Shown: one piece after another, positions 36,929-49,200 of the stretch
How positions within the stretch are numbered: position 1 is the stretch's first letter
Layout of the letters: every line of letters starts with the position of its first letter
Assembly: GCA_002269645.1 (NCBI GenBank)
Contig: NIVC01000825.1
Span: 124,001-188,000 of the forward strand
DNA: 64,000 bases
Reading direction: 5' to 3'
From: Macrostomum lignano
Taxonomy: Eukaryota
Made by a program: the position numbers and the translations under genes
Notes under the pieces: generated by a model
Databases searched by the model: none
What the model was told of the DNA's origin: nothing
Seen by the model: the letters and a program-made list of their open reading frames with translations, nothing else

Positions 36929-38239
36929 ATGTGGTCAGAACGTGAGGCAGAAGAGCCTCAACGGCTAAGACTGAGAAATCGCGATATTTTACGTCCGACC
37001 GCTGCGGCTACGGCTTACACCTCTTCGTCAACCAGTGAGCCAGAATCCGAACGGGAGGCGAACTGGCGGCGCTATCAAGAGCTTCGTGACCTCGATCCTG
37101 TGCAAATCTCTGTCGATGAAGCACGCTGCTGTCAGTCTCAAGTGCCAGTGCCCCCCGGGCCCGGCCAACCATCAACGAACTACATGGAGACGGGAGACTC
37201 ATTCCTGCTGGACACCAGGCCTTCCGCGGCAGCTGCGGCAGCTGCAGTGACACATCCACCAAGACCTGTGCACCGTATGGCCGAACCATGGGCTCCGTTG
37301 CTCCAAGGCGGATCTCACCCTGGCGCTGACGCCCGCAACCTGTGCGCACCGGTATATCAACAAGCAATCCAGCTTCCGTCGGTGCCAAAGCCGGCGCCCT
37401 TCAACGGATCCGAACCGTTCGATGACTTTCTGGGTCGAGTGTCTTCGTATTTAAGCCGGCACCAAGGACTGAGTGACTACAGCAAGATCAACACGCTCAG
37501 CAGTTACCTGGGACCAGCATTCGCTACCTACGAGGTCTGGCTCTACCAACTGTGCGCGCAGCATGGACAGCCCGTTGGGACTTCACTGCAGTTCCTGCCA
37601 GGTGCCCGCTATGAAGATCTCCTGCAGCACCTTCGCGCTCGTCATGGCGGTGCCACCAGCACTGCGCTACTTCGGCGCGAGCTTCACAGCCGGTGCCGGG
37701 GCAGGGACGAGAGGTTCGAGGATTTTCTGACTGCCCTCCAGCGACTCGCGTTCAAGGCCTACCCAGAGCTCGGTGCTCAAGACTGTCGCCAGCAGACTGT
37801 GCTTGAGCGGTTCATTCAAGGGCTGAACGACAACTACGTGACGGAGCGGCTGCTTAATATGCAGCTCCCTCTTACTACACCGGATCAGGCCCTGCACTAT
37901 GCCCAGCAAGTGCGCGAGACCCGGCAGATAATGAATTCCCAGTCGCAGCACCACAGCGCCGAGGCGTCAGCTCCAGCGGCACCGGTTCAGTCAACACCGA
38001 CAGGAACCCGACCGCAGCATGGGCCACAGACGACACAACATCACCAGCCAGCGGCTCATCGAGCGCAGACAGCCCCAGCGCCACCATGGAGATCAGCTGA
38101 CGCCGCTGCACATCAACAGCAGCAGCCTAGGGCGGTGCCCATCTGCTACGGCTGCCATCAGCCTGGCCACATCCGCCGGAGGTGCCCAAACGCTGGGGGG
38201 GCTGGTCCAATGGGCCAGCACCGGCCCTCTCAGTACTAA
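36929..38239 (+). CDS. gag: Gypsy-1 gag (capsid plus CCHC knuckle)
   Basis: PKPAPFNGSEPFDDFL capsid motif; CYGCHQPGHIRRRC. Confidence 0.92.
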   Translation: MWSEREAEEPQRLRLRNRDILRPTAAATAYTSSSTSEPESEREANWRRYQELRDLDPVQISVDEARCCQSQVPVPPGPGQPSTNYMETGDSFLLDTRPSAAAAAAAVTHPPRPVHRMAEPWAPLLQGGSHPGADARNLCAPVYQQAIQLPSVPKPAPFNGSEPFDDFLGRVSSYLSRHQGLSDYSKINTLSSYLGPAFATYEVWLYQLCAQHGQPVGTSLQFLPGARYEDLLQHLRARHGGATSTALLRRELHSRCRGRDERFEDFLTALQRLAFKAYPELGAQDCRQQTVLERFIQGLNDNYVTERLLNMQLPLTTPDQALHYAQQVRETRQIMNSQSQHHSAEASAPAAPVQSTPTGTRPQHGPQTTQHHQPAAHRAQTAPAPPWRSADAAAHQQQQPRAVPICYGCHQPGHIRRRCPNAGGAGPMGQHRPSQY

Positions 38240-41200
38240 GCAGTTCGGCCCAGCCCCCACGCCCCAGCTTCCAGCCCGACCAAGTGCGCTTCATCACCTC
38301 GCGCATGCTCAGAAAACGCCGGCCGTGCATGATCGACACCGGTGCCGAGATCTCCTGCATCAACGGCGACATCGTGCACTCGGCCAGGCTCAGGCGGCAG
38401 CTGAGACCCAGCTCAACAACCATCTATGGCGTGGGCGGCAATCAAGCAACAGTGTTGGGCGAAATTGAGATAAGTTTTTTTCTTGGTCCGCTTCATTTTC
38501 GACACAGATTCCTGGCAGTGACCTGCCTCAGCGCACCGGTAATTCTGGGCTGCGACTTCCTAAACAAATTTGACATTTCGATCCACCTGAGATCAGGAAT
38601 TCTCGAGTTTAACGGCCTCGGCGTCACCTTGCCAATGCGGACATCCAGGCAGGCGGCCCAGACTTGCAAGCTGGCAGCGGCGGCCACGGTTCGACTGCAG
38701 CCAGGCGATGGCTGGATCATTCCGGTGCGGCCAGCGAGCGCGGCAGCGTGGACGAACTCGGAGGCACCAGGCGTTGTCTGCGGCAGCAAGGCGGCCAAAG
38801 TGATGATCGGCCGCAGCGTGTCCAAGCTGGTTGACCACGGAATGGGGGTTGCTGTCATCAACACCAGAGATGAGACAGTCGAGATCAAGGAGGGCGACAT
38901 CGTCGGCAACTTCAACCCGCTGTCTGGCCGAGCCCTGGCGCACCTGCAAGCCGGAGGATCTGGTGATGCCAGCGAGGCAGATCCGACTACTGCAACGACC
39001 TGGCAGGACGAGGTGTAAATCGCCGATGACATCCCAACCGAGGAGCGGCAGCAAGTCGAACGCCTTCTGCTGGAGTTCAGTGACGTATTCGCGAGCCCCA
39101 GCAACCCAGGCCGCACCCAATTGTTAAAGCACGAGATCGACACAGGCAACGCCAGGCCAATTCGCCAAGGACTGCGGCGCCTGGCTCCCACAGCGATCGC
39201 ACAGCAGAAGGAGCTGGTCAACGAGATGCTGGCAAAGGGAGTCGTCCGACCATCGTCATCACCTTGGGCATCTCCGATAGTTCTGGTTCGCAAGAAGGAC
39301 GGGTCGGCCAGATTTTGCTTGGACTACCGCCTGCTGAACGCGGTGACCAAGCCCGATGCCTTCCCGATGCCCCGCATCGATGACACTCTGGATGCCCTCG
39401 AAGGAAACAGCTACTTCTCAGCGCTGGATCTCGAAAGTGGCTACTGGCAAGTCGAGATGAATGACCGAGACAAGGAGAAGACGGCATTTGTGTGCCATGA
39501 AGGCCTGTTTGAATTCAACGTGATGCCGTTCGGACTACGGAATGCACCAGCCACCTTTCAGCGGCTCATGCAGCTGGTGCTCCGGGGGCTGACGTGGCAG
39601 GCCTGTCTGGTGTTCATTGACGACGTCATCGTGATGGGCCAGACCATCGGCCAGCACAACGATCGGCTGCGTTCAGTTCTGGAGCGACTGCGCGAGTTTA
39701 ACCTGCGCCTCAAGCCGTCAAAGTGCCGATTTGCAAATACCAGCATGTTAGTCCTGGGCCACCGCGTCAGCAAGACCGGCATCACCGTCGATGAGGGCAA
39801 AACCGCGGCTGTGCGAGACTGGCCGGTGCCCCGGAGCTCGAAGGACGTCAAGAGCTTCCTCGGCATGACCTCCTACTACCGAAGATTTGTGCGCGAATAC
39901 GCCAATATCGCCGAGCCTCTGCGCCGCCTTACACTGCCTACGCCCTTCGAGTGGACGCCAGAAGCCGAGGCGGCCTTCAACCAGCTGAAGCAAGCGCTGC
40001 TGTCAGCTCCGATCCTGGCGTTCCCGGACATGAGCGAGTCGGGCTCCGAATTCATCCTCGACACCGACGCAAGTGACTGCGCAATCGGCGCGGTGCTGTC
40101 GCAAGTGCAGGCGAGCGAAGAGCGGGTTATCGCCTACGCCAGCCGCGCCCTGTCAAGAGCTGAGCGCAACTACTGCGTGACGCGACGCGAGCTCCTGGCT
40201 GTTGTCGAGTTTGTTAAGAAGTTCCGGAGCTACATGCTGCCGCGCGCCTTCACCGTTCGAGTGGATCACCAGGCGCTCACCTATCTGCTGGCATTCAAAG
40301 AGCCCGAAGGCCAGCTGGCCAGATGGCTGCAGCTGCTCGATGAGTTCAACTTCAAGGTCGTCTTTCGCCGAGGCCGCCAACACGGCAACGCAGACGCCCT
40401 CTCTCGGCGAGAGCAAAAGTGCACCAGCCAGTGTCGAGTCTGTCGGCCAGGGACGACAGCGGTGGCGCCAGCCGAGACTTCAACAGCCGCCTGCCAGACG
40501 GAGCCGGCGGTCGAGGCGCCAGTGCCAATCGCGGAGCCTGCTGGCCGGGTCGACACAGTCAGAGTCAACTCCGTGCAAACCAACGCAGCGACATCAGCGC
40601 CGGCTACCTCTGCGGCTGCCCAGACCAACGCCGAGCCGGAACGTCAGGGCACCTCAAGGAGGAAGCAGCAGCTTCAACCGCGGCCAAGCGAGAGCGAGGA
40701 CTCCAGCGAAGACGAAATCAGCGACGAGGCCATTCAGGAAGGCGACGCGCTGTCAGATGCGTCTCAGTCACTGCGTGAACTGCAGCTCCGTGATCCAGAC
40801 ATCGGCCCGGTGTTTCGCCTGCTGTCCAACGGCAAGACAAGGTTCAGCGCCAGCAGACGTGACCGACTGTCGCCTGAGAGTCTAATTCTGGCACAGAAGA
40901 TCGGCGACCTGTGTTTCGTCGACGGCGCCCTGAACAAGCTGGTGAAGCCCAAGCCTGTGCCTGTGATTCCGCGCTGCAGACAGGAGGAGTTCATCGAGGA
41001 GGTCCATGAGCTTGGGCATCTGGGCGAGGACAAGACCTTGGCAGCCCTCAAGCAGCGTTGCTACTGGCCGAAAATGGCGGAGAGCGTTCGCCTAGCGGTC
41101 AGGTCCTGCCAAGTGTGCCAGCGCGCTAAGACACCGAGTCAGCGCCGAGCTCCACTGCAGACTATGGCCAGTGGATTTCCTATGCAGCGCGTGGGCATCA

Positions 41201-42120
41201 ACGTGGTCAAAGTTGGACTGTCACGGCGGGGAAACGATCGGCTGCTCACCATTGTCGACTACTTCACCAAGTGGGTCGAGCTGGTGCCACTCCCCGACGA
41301 GAAAGCGGCCACCATCGCCAAGGCACTGTTCGACAACTGGGTGACGCGTTTCGGAGCCCCGCACATTCTGCACTCCGACCGTGGCAAGGCCGTGGACGGA
41401 AAGGTCATCAGGAGCCTGTGCCGGCTGCTGGAGATTCAGAAGACGCGGACATCCGGCTACCATCCGCAGTGCGACGGCCTAGTAGAAAGGTTCCACCGCA
41501 CTCTGCACCAGATGCTCCGCTGCCACCTGCAGTCAGTTCAGCCGGAGGACTGGGAAGAAGTGCTGCCGCATTGTCTCTTGGCCTACCGCAGCAGCGTCAA
41601 TGCTACAACCGGGTTTACTCCTCACTGCCTGCTGACTGGCCGGGAAATGACGCTTCCAGTTGACGTCGTCTACCGGCCACCGGAGCCGCCAATGACAGTC
41701 GGCCAGTTCGCCGCCAACAACCGCGACCAGCTGCTTCGCGCCTACGACTCCGTGCGGCGATCGATGGCGACAGCACAACGACGCCAGCGGCGGTACTACG
41801 ACCGTAAGGCCAAGCGGTGCAGATTCCGGGTCGGCGACCTCGTATGGGTTTTCGTTCCGCCGTCGGCGCTTTCAAGGACGACTGGACTGGCTCCGAAACA
41901 CCAGGCGCCCTGGACCGGCCCGTTCCTGGTGCTGCAGCGAACGTCGCCGGTGAACTACCTGGTTCGTCCTATCGATTACAAGGACGGCGACACCGGTCGG
42001 GTGGTCCACGCAAACAAGCTGAAACGTGCGCACCAGCCCCGCGCTCCCGACCCGGCGCGGAGTGAGGCGACCAGCGACTGCAGCAGCGAAGTTCTTGACG
42101 ATGGCTGGGTCCTAGTGTGA
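38185..42120 (+). pseudogene. pol: Gypsy-1 pol (PR, RT, RNase H, integrase) in the -1 frame to gag, with in-frame TAA at 39016-39018 and a D>N change in the integrase
   Basis: MIDTGAEIS (PR), FIDDV (RT), LDTDAS (RH), HELGH...CQVC (IN zinc finger), RVGIN/SD/VE; the PR ORF and RT ORF are in the same frame. Confidence 0.9.
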
Positions 42121-42794
42121 GTCTGACAATCTTTTTTTGCCGTTTTCTGCGACCTGCGCAGTTTGTGCTTGAGTTGTGCATTTGTGCGCTGTTCCAGCAG
42201 AGCTGCCTTTGCGTGTCACTTGGCTGAGTATTTTTTGCGTCTAATTCGTTTTTTAAGATTCAAATCCGCTGTCTTTTCGAGTTTTAATCAGTTGTGGTTT
42301 CCGAGTTCCAGGCCGGTGCTTTATATATTCCCTTATATATTAAATCGCATTTTGCTATCAAAATATTTATTTTCGATTTCAACAATATTTTCTAAATTCA
42401 AAAAATTGGTAAGTTTTCGCGTTGAAGTGAATATTGCATTTTTATTCCGCATTGACATAATTGTTCAATTTTTAGCATCCGTTAGGGTATGTGCGTTGAT
42501 CATCATCCGATATTCTATTAAATTAGACTCGAGCATTTTCGTTCCGCGTTATGTTCAAATTGCATTGGTGAAGTCCTAAATTGCTGTGGTTGAAGAATTT
42601 TGCCGCTATTTTTGAAGTTGGCTTTATTTAACTTTTGCTCATACGCGATTCGATCCTTTAGTGTCCGTCTTGTGAGCGTGCATTGAACGCAACTTGTAAT
42701 TGTGTCAAAGAAATATTTTCATAAAGTAGATTTTGTTCGAACTGTCAATTTTCGGGGCAATGGGGACATTGTTTTTTTATCGCGAGGGGGGTAG

Positions 42795-43109
42795 TGTAGT
42801 ACACCTTAATTTCGTAATTTAAATTGGTGCCAACTCGAGGCGGGTGTTAAGTAAAGCAAAGTAATCGCATCGCAATGTAATAATACTCGTATATTTTCGT
42901 TTCGTTCAATACTTTATATTCGTAACTTTATATCAGCTGAATTTCATCGCCTTAGCTCGATGGTGAGTCCAATAAATGCTGAATCATAGCTCGAACTGTT
43001 ACTGGCTATGCTTTAGAGTGTGCCTAGTAAGCAGGCAGCTGTGCAAGCTTGTGATTGGGCGGTAAAGGCTCAAAGTCAAATTTAGTGTCCTGCCTCCGTT
43101 CTTGCTACA
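42795..43109 (+). repeat. Gypsy-1 3' LTR, preceded by PPT GAGGGGGG
   Basis: Direct repeat of the 5' LTR. Confidence 0.97.
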
Positions 43110-45063
43110 TTTGTCTAGTTTAAATCCGTGCCAGAATTTCCGGGGTTAAGGTCGATACGAACAACTTGGAGTGCAATGTGGGGAGCTCTGGCTTATGATC
43201 AAGCTCAGAGGGGGGTAGCTATGGTCGTGACTAATGACTGAGTCGTCTAAGTTGATGTCGCACTTCAGAATGCTGGGCAAACAATGTACGTCAGCCGATG
43301 CTGAATTTTTCGCATTAATTGTAGATATATTCGGAAAGTCTTACAAATTTTCGTAAGCTAATGCTAAAAACTCAGAGAGTTACTTGTAGTAGCAGGTCGC
43401 TGCCACCACCGCGTGAATTCGTTGAGAAGAAATCCAAAGTGCCTGGAAGTATCTCGAACTAGCCCGTGGACTCTATTAATTGATGAGATCCCTTAGATCT
43501 GAATGCTTTTCCGAGGGTCACAAAGTCTAGAAGGAACAATTAAACTTAACCGAATGAGCGTTCTGAATTTTATTGACAATTCTAAAAGTAATCAGGCATT
43601 TGGCGTACTGCGAAGAAGGGAGTTATAGCCAAATTTAAGCAGACAGAAAATTTACATGCATGGACATGTAATGTACGTAAAATAATTGCCAATGGCAATG
43701 TATTTTAATGGTAGTGATGGGTTCGGCCTTTTTAAGCCTGTAGCTTCGGGCCTCAGAACTCAGAAATGAATCACTAAGAGCTCTGGCCTCTCACTCCTGT
43801 CAGATGGTCAGGCCCATGGTAGCTAGATTGTGGGCGAGCAGCAAGGTCCTATAGCTAGGAGAAGACAGCGAGAGACAAGCAGGGAGAATTTGGAAGGTAG
43901 AAATTAGCTAACCCGCGGATAAACTAACTCGCTGCCACCAGTGCGTGCGCCCCGGCTCACCAAACCGGAGCTATCGAAATCGGACTTCCGACTAGAGGGG
44001 CACTGCACTTACCTGCCATCTAGTGTCTTTTAGCTGTCTAAATCTCGAAGTCATAGCCGAATAGAAGGGACGCTGCTGGGACTAAGATCGCATTGGCCAT
44101 GCAGGGACAGAGAGGACTTCTGCAGGGGGTTCTTGCGCTGGCGAGCCTTCATAAACTGCTAGATGTACTATTTCATTACCAAATTCCCAGAAGTACATGT
44201 ATAAGTACACGTAACAGCATGCTTTTGGCACTAAATGTGTTAACACGTCGACAGATAGCGATGATGTAGATGTATTGTCACTTTCGGAGATCGTTAGGCT
44301 AATACTTAACTTACTTTGGCCGCTTAACTGCCTGTGACCGCGCCAAAGCGCCAGTCTGGCACTTAATTTGCAGGCTTAACATAATGATTTCTTAGATCGA
44401 CTGATTGACTGGGAACTGTGTCGCTTCCGGTCCACTGTGACCTCTGCCTCTATAGATTTAGCTGCTCATCTCAGCTGGCATTGCGAAAAAGAAAGAAAAC
44501 GCTAAGTCTTTAACTTCCACATTTAACTTTCTCACTTAATCCGCAATCCTAAACACTTTAGATTGAGTTAGAGCAAATGGCTACTTTTAATATTAACTGA
44601 CACTGCTGCCTCGAGATTGGCACACAAAAGCAAGTAAGCAAAAGTGCAAATCCTATCAGACTACCTAGGAAGGGGTCAGACAAAGAGTGCACCCAGTTAA
44701 GCAGGTCAAGAGAGCCTCTCACCAAACCAATCAGAGGACCTATCTGCCGGTAGCCGAGGAATCCACAGAGACCGAACAAGGACAACTTAAGTTGACATAA
44801 CGTAACTTCAGTTGTCCTTGAGACCGAAGCGTTCAGATTGGATGCTGTTGCTGATCTTGACTGACGATTGCCGCCGCTGCTCTTCGCTTGCCGATAGTCG
44901 TTGCTGCTCTTAGATCACTTCCGAGAGATATTGATGATGCTTCTCAGGGGGAACTTAGCTGTTGAAGCCGAAACTGCCGGGGAAAGGGGGATCAGGTCGG
45001 CAGGACCAGAAGAGGAGTGTCCGGAGCGGAAGGGAGTACTCGAGCGCGGGGCGAGTTGCCGCC

Positions 45064-45432
45064 TTTTATAGCTCTCACGCGGCCGATTTGTTATAACGCA
45101 CGCCGAATTTTCCGATTGGCTGAGAGCTTTTGTTAAAATAGGCGCCGAATTTTCTGATTGGTCGAGCCGGGGGCAGTCAGGTCGACTCTGATTGGCTGAG
45201 CGCAAGACCCCAAAACCCACCCCACCAGGTGGCCTTCAGACCCCAGGGAAGTTGACAGGTGCGGTCATAAATCATAAGCAAAACATAATAAAAGTCACTT
45301 AATTGTCTAGACATTCTGGCGCCAAAAGTGACAGCAAAACGCCCATAAATCAAAAGAGAAAGCAACAGAGTGAGTGGGGGAAAGCTGGAAGGACCTCTTT
45401 GACCCAGACAGGCTGGCGCCAAAAGTGACAGC
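45064..45432 (-). promoter_or_regulatory. Promoter-like cluster: TATAAAA, three CCAAT boxes, duplicated E2F-type TTTTGGCGCC sites
   Basis: TATA 45064-45070; CCAAT at 45115, 45157 and 45191; exact 20-bp repeat CTGGCGCCAAAAGTGACAGC at 45316-45335 and 45413-45432. Confidence 0.5.
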
Positions 45433-46203
45433 TAGACGGCCGTTAATCACGGGAAACAGTGAAAAATCCACAAATCTGGGGGTCAGAACACTTCTCCCAG
45501 ACTTAGTGTCGCCTGTCTAGACTGTTGGAGATCAATACGTCTCGAACCCAGACAGTCTGACCTTCAAATACGCGTAAAGAATCCAAAATTAGGTTCCTAA
45601 GGGAAGTACATTGGGTATCTAACAGAATTAATAGTAATGGCATAAATTAGTATAGAACTTAAGCCTAGATGGGAGAATGGAAAGAAGTTCCTAAGCTAGC
45701 CTACTGACAGTAGGGGAAAAGCGCATCGAAGCAAAATGTGCGGTTCTGAGATTGAAAAAAGGTGCGTCCTCATCAGTAGGTATATGTAGCTGGTCACTTG
45801 GGCTTACAAATTTACCTCGGGTATCATGGAATTCAATAAGGGGAGCTGCATTGTTTTACCAAGGAATAATCTGGCCAGGACAGGGCCGGCAGACCGTCAC
45901 ACAAGCGATCGGAAGAGGGACAATGAGTCGGACCAGTGGGTAGTAAACGCAGGACCACCGGGTGGAAACAGACAAGAGCACATGGGGATTAACAAAAATT
46001 TAACAGCAGACGCACGCATTTACATCGAAAGTAAAACAAAAACCATCAGTGAAAAATAAGGTAGTAATTCACTTCTGGGAAATTTTTTACGCTGACTGGA
46101 GGGCATTCTTAAACCTCTCAGGGGAGGCGGAGGCCTACCGTTTTATTAAATTGAATTTTTCACCAATTTTAATTTCGTTAATTACATAAATCGTTGATAT
46201 AAA

Positions 46204-49200
46204 TGTGGTGAGCGAGAGACAAGTCAGTCAGGTTTAGTCCAACAAACAAAATTCAAACCCTCACCCAAAGGGTGGAGCTATTCTTATATTTACTCGAGAA
46301 CGCATGTACATATACAAACAGAGCGCGCATGTACAACGGATCCCTTGACCCCCAAACACCGACTAGCAAAACAACCCAGTGAGTAAACTCACTTTACAAC
46401 ATTCACCCTCCTTAACAGTCACTAATTCCCTTCACAGCTGGCAATCAATGCGTCACGACCTGGCCGTACCACAACGGTGGTGCCCGCAGTCGCGTACTGC
46501 GCCGCAGCTCCGCGTCGGCCTCAACGGTCGCCGGCGGCGGGTCCGTCGGGCCTTCTGGCGCTGCCGGCTCTGCAGCCACTGGCGGCTGTGGCGGCATTGC
46601 CGTTGCCGAAGTCGTGCTGGCACCCTCGGGCTCCGCATGAGGCATACAGAGGCTGGTGTGCCACCTTGAGCCGTCCTCTAACCTGACGATCGTCGGGCTG
46701 ATGATGTCGCTGACCCGTAGAGGTGGTGACACGTGGCTCTGCAGCTTGCCTCGCATCCGCGGAGATCGCACTCGCACCAGGTCGCCGACCCGGAATTGGC
46801 GCGGCGGCTGCCGGGATCTGTTGAGCCGCTTGAACTGCCGTCTTTGCCGCTCCTGGATCTGATCGGCCAGTGGGTGCTCTCGAGTCGCTCGCTTCGGCTG
46901 CAGCGTCCACAGCGGCGTGGTGATCTTGCGGCCGAGCATCAGCTCCGCTGGCGTCACGCCGGTCAGCGCATGCGGTGTCGATCGGTACGCCCACAGGATG
47001 GACTGCACCGCTTCCAGGAACGAGTAGCCGTCTTGAAGGTGGCTCTTCAAGCCCTCTTTGACTACGCGGTTCAGGCGCTCCACTCCGGAATTTCCTTGAG
47101 GGTGGTAGAACGGAGTCTGACGATGATTGATGCCGTACGCCTTTAGGAAGTCGTTGAACTCCTGGGAGATGAACTGGGGTCCTCCATCGGTGGTGATTAC
47201 GCGCGGAATGCCCCAGCGACAAAACAGCGCCGTGAGACTCTTGATGATAGTCGCAGACGTCGCTGAAGAGAGGCAGACCAGTTCGGGCCACTTTGAATGC
47301 AGGTCATGTACACCGAGTATGAAACGGCAGTTCTGTGGTGCACCCTCGTGCAGCTCTCCGAACAAGTCGATCTGCAGCTCTGTCCACGGTTCCTTCGGCC
47401 ACTTGGTCGGGGTCAGCACTGTCCGATGCGGCTTGAAGCTCTTCTCACTGATGATGCACGCAGAGCAGCTGCTGACGAACCTCTCGATGTCGCTGTCCAT
47501 TTTGGGCCACCAGGCGGTGTCTCGGCAGTGATGCTTGGTCCTGCTGACTCCCTTGTGACCTTGATGCGCTAAGTCGAGCACTCGCTGGCGCAGTTCTTCC
47601 GGTATGACGGCACGAGTTCCCATGGCCAAGCACCTGCCGTTGCTCCAAACAGTCAGCTCGTTCCTAACACTCCAGTAGGGCAGCAGGCGCTCATCGAGCT
47701 TTTTCTTGTCTGGCCAACCGGAAACTGTGAACTCTGCGACTCGTGCCAGGAGCTCGTCCTTTGACGTTGCCTCCGCCAGCTCGTCCTCGGTGACCACGGT
47801 CAGCGCCTCGGCCAGGAGCACTCTTTGGACTTCCAGACCGTCTGTTTCATCGCCTTCCGTCGGCTCGGCCGTGTCCTGGCAGCGCGACAGAAAGTCGGGC
47901 ACGATGTTCTTGGCACCCGGGACGTACTTGACGGTGAAGGAGTAGTTTAACAAACGATCAGCCCAGCGATGCAGTCTGAGTGGCCGGTGTCCGCTCCCAG
48001 ATGATGACAGCAGCGTGGTGAGAGCCTGGTGATCGGTGTGGAGCTCGAACCGTCGGCCGTAAAGGAAGAAGTTCCAGCGCTCACAGGCGAAGATGCAGGC
48101 CAGGGCTTCCCTCTCGCTCGCCGAGTAGCGGCGCTCCGTAGCACTCAGAGTTCGGCTCGCAAAGGCAACCGGGCGCCACTGGCCGTCGGAGTCTTGCTGG
48201 AGGAGCATCGCACCAAGAGCTGATGCTGAGCTGTCGCAGCTGACGATGATCGGCTGATCTGCGTCGAAAAACTTGAGGCAGGGTGGCTTGCACACTCCTG
48301 TCTTCAGCTGCTCAAAAGCCTGCTGGCACTCACTGGTCCACTTCCACGACTCGTCCTTCCTCAGCAGTTTCATTAGGGGCTCCGCCGTGCTGGAGAGGCT
48401 GGGAATGAAGTTGCCGAAGTACTTCACGACGCCTAGAAACGCAGCCACTTCCTTGGTGTTCGTTGGCGGCTGTACCTTCTCGATAGCTTCGACGTGTGAC
48501 TGCAACGGGCGGACTCCAGAAGCGCTCAGCTCATAGCCTAGGAAGTTGACCTTGTCCTGGCGCCAGGTGCACTTGGCCGTATTGATAGTCACGTTGTGCG
48601 TCATCAGAGCTTGCAGCACCTTGAACAGGCGCTTGTCGTGCTCTTCTCTTGATGCCGCGTGCACTACGATGTCGTCAATAAAGTGCACTGCGCCTTTGAT
48701 GCCACTGAGGATCTTAGCCATCACCTTCTGGAACGCAGCCGGTGCACTACTCAGGCCGAAGCACACCCTCCGATATCGATATAGGCCTCGCTCCGTCACG
48801 AACGTGGTCAGATTTCTGCAGTCCTCAGACAACTCCAGTTGCAGGTAAGACGAATTCAGGTCCAACTTGGAGAAGCATCGTGACCCGGCAAACTCGGCGG
48901 AGAGCTCCTCAAAGGTCGGAAGTGGGTATCTGTCCGGTATGATGCTCTTGTTTGGGCCTCTCAGGTCGTTGCAGATCCGGATCGAGCCGTTCGCCTTTGG
49001 CACCACGACTAGGTTTGACACCCAGTCTGAGGCGTCCACCTCCTCGATGATGCCTTGCTGCAGCAGCTGGTCGATCTCCTTTTGAACCGAATCTCTTAGG
49101 CTGAGCGGCACTCTGCGCAACGGTTGAGCAGTCGGTTGCACCGCGGGGTTGACTCGCGGCCTGTGCTGAAATCCTTTGATGTGTCCGAGTCCCTGAGTCA

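Larger units (their letters stand above)
36542..43109 (+). mobile_element. Full-length Ty3/Gypsy LTR retrotransposon (Gypsy-1), 4-bp TSD TTTG
   Basis: 315-bp LTRs TGTAGT...CTACA differing at one position by eye; PBS, gag, PR-RT-RH-IN order, PPT. Confidence 0.97.

Noticed and set aside
42163-42579. 138-aa hydrophobic ORF after the Gypsy-1 integrase as a possible env
   Set aside because: AT-rich with a non-ATG start, no signal peptide, furin site or clear TM architecture; more likely 3' UTR
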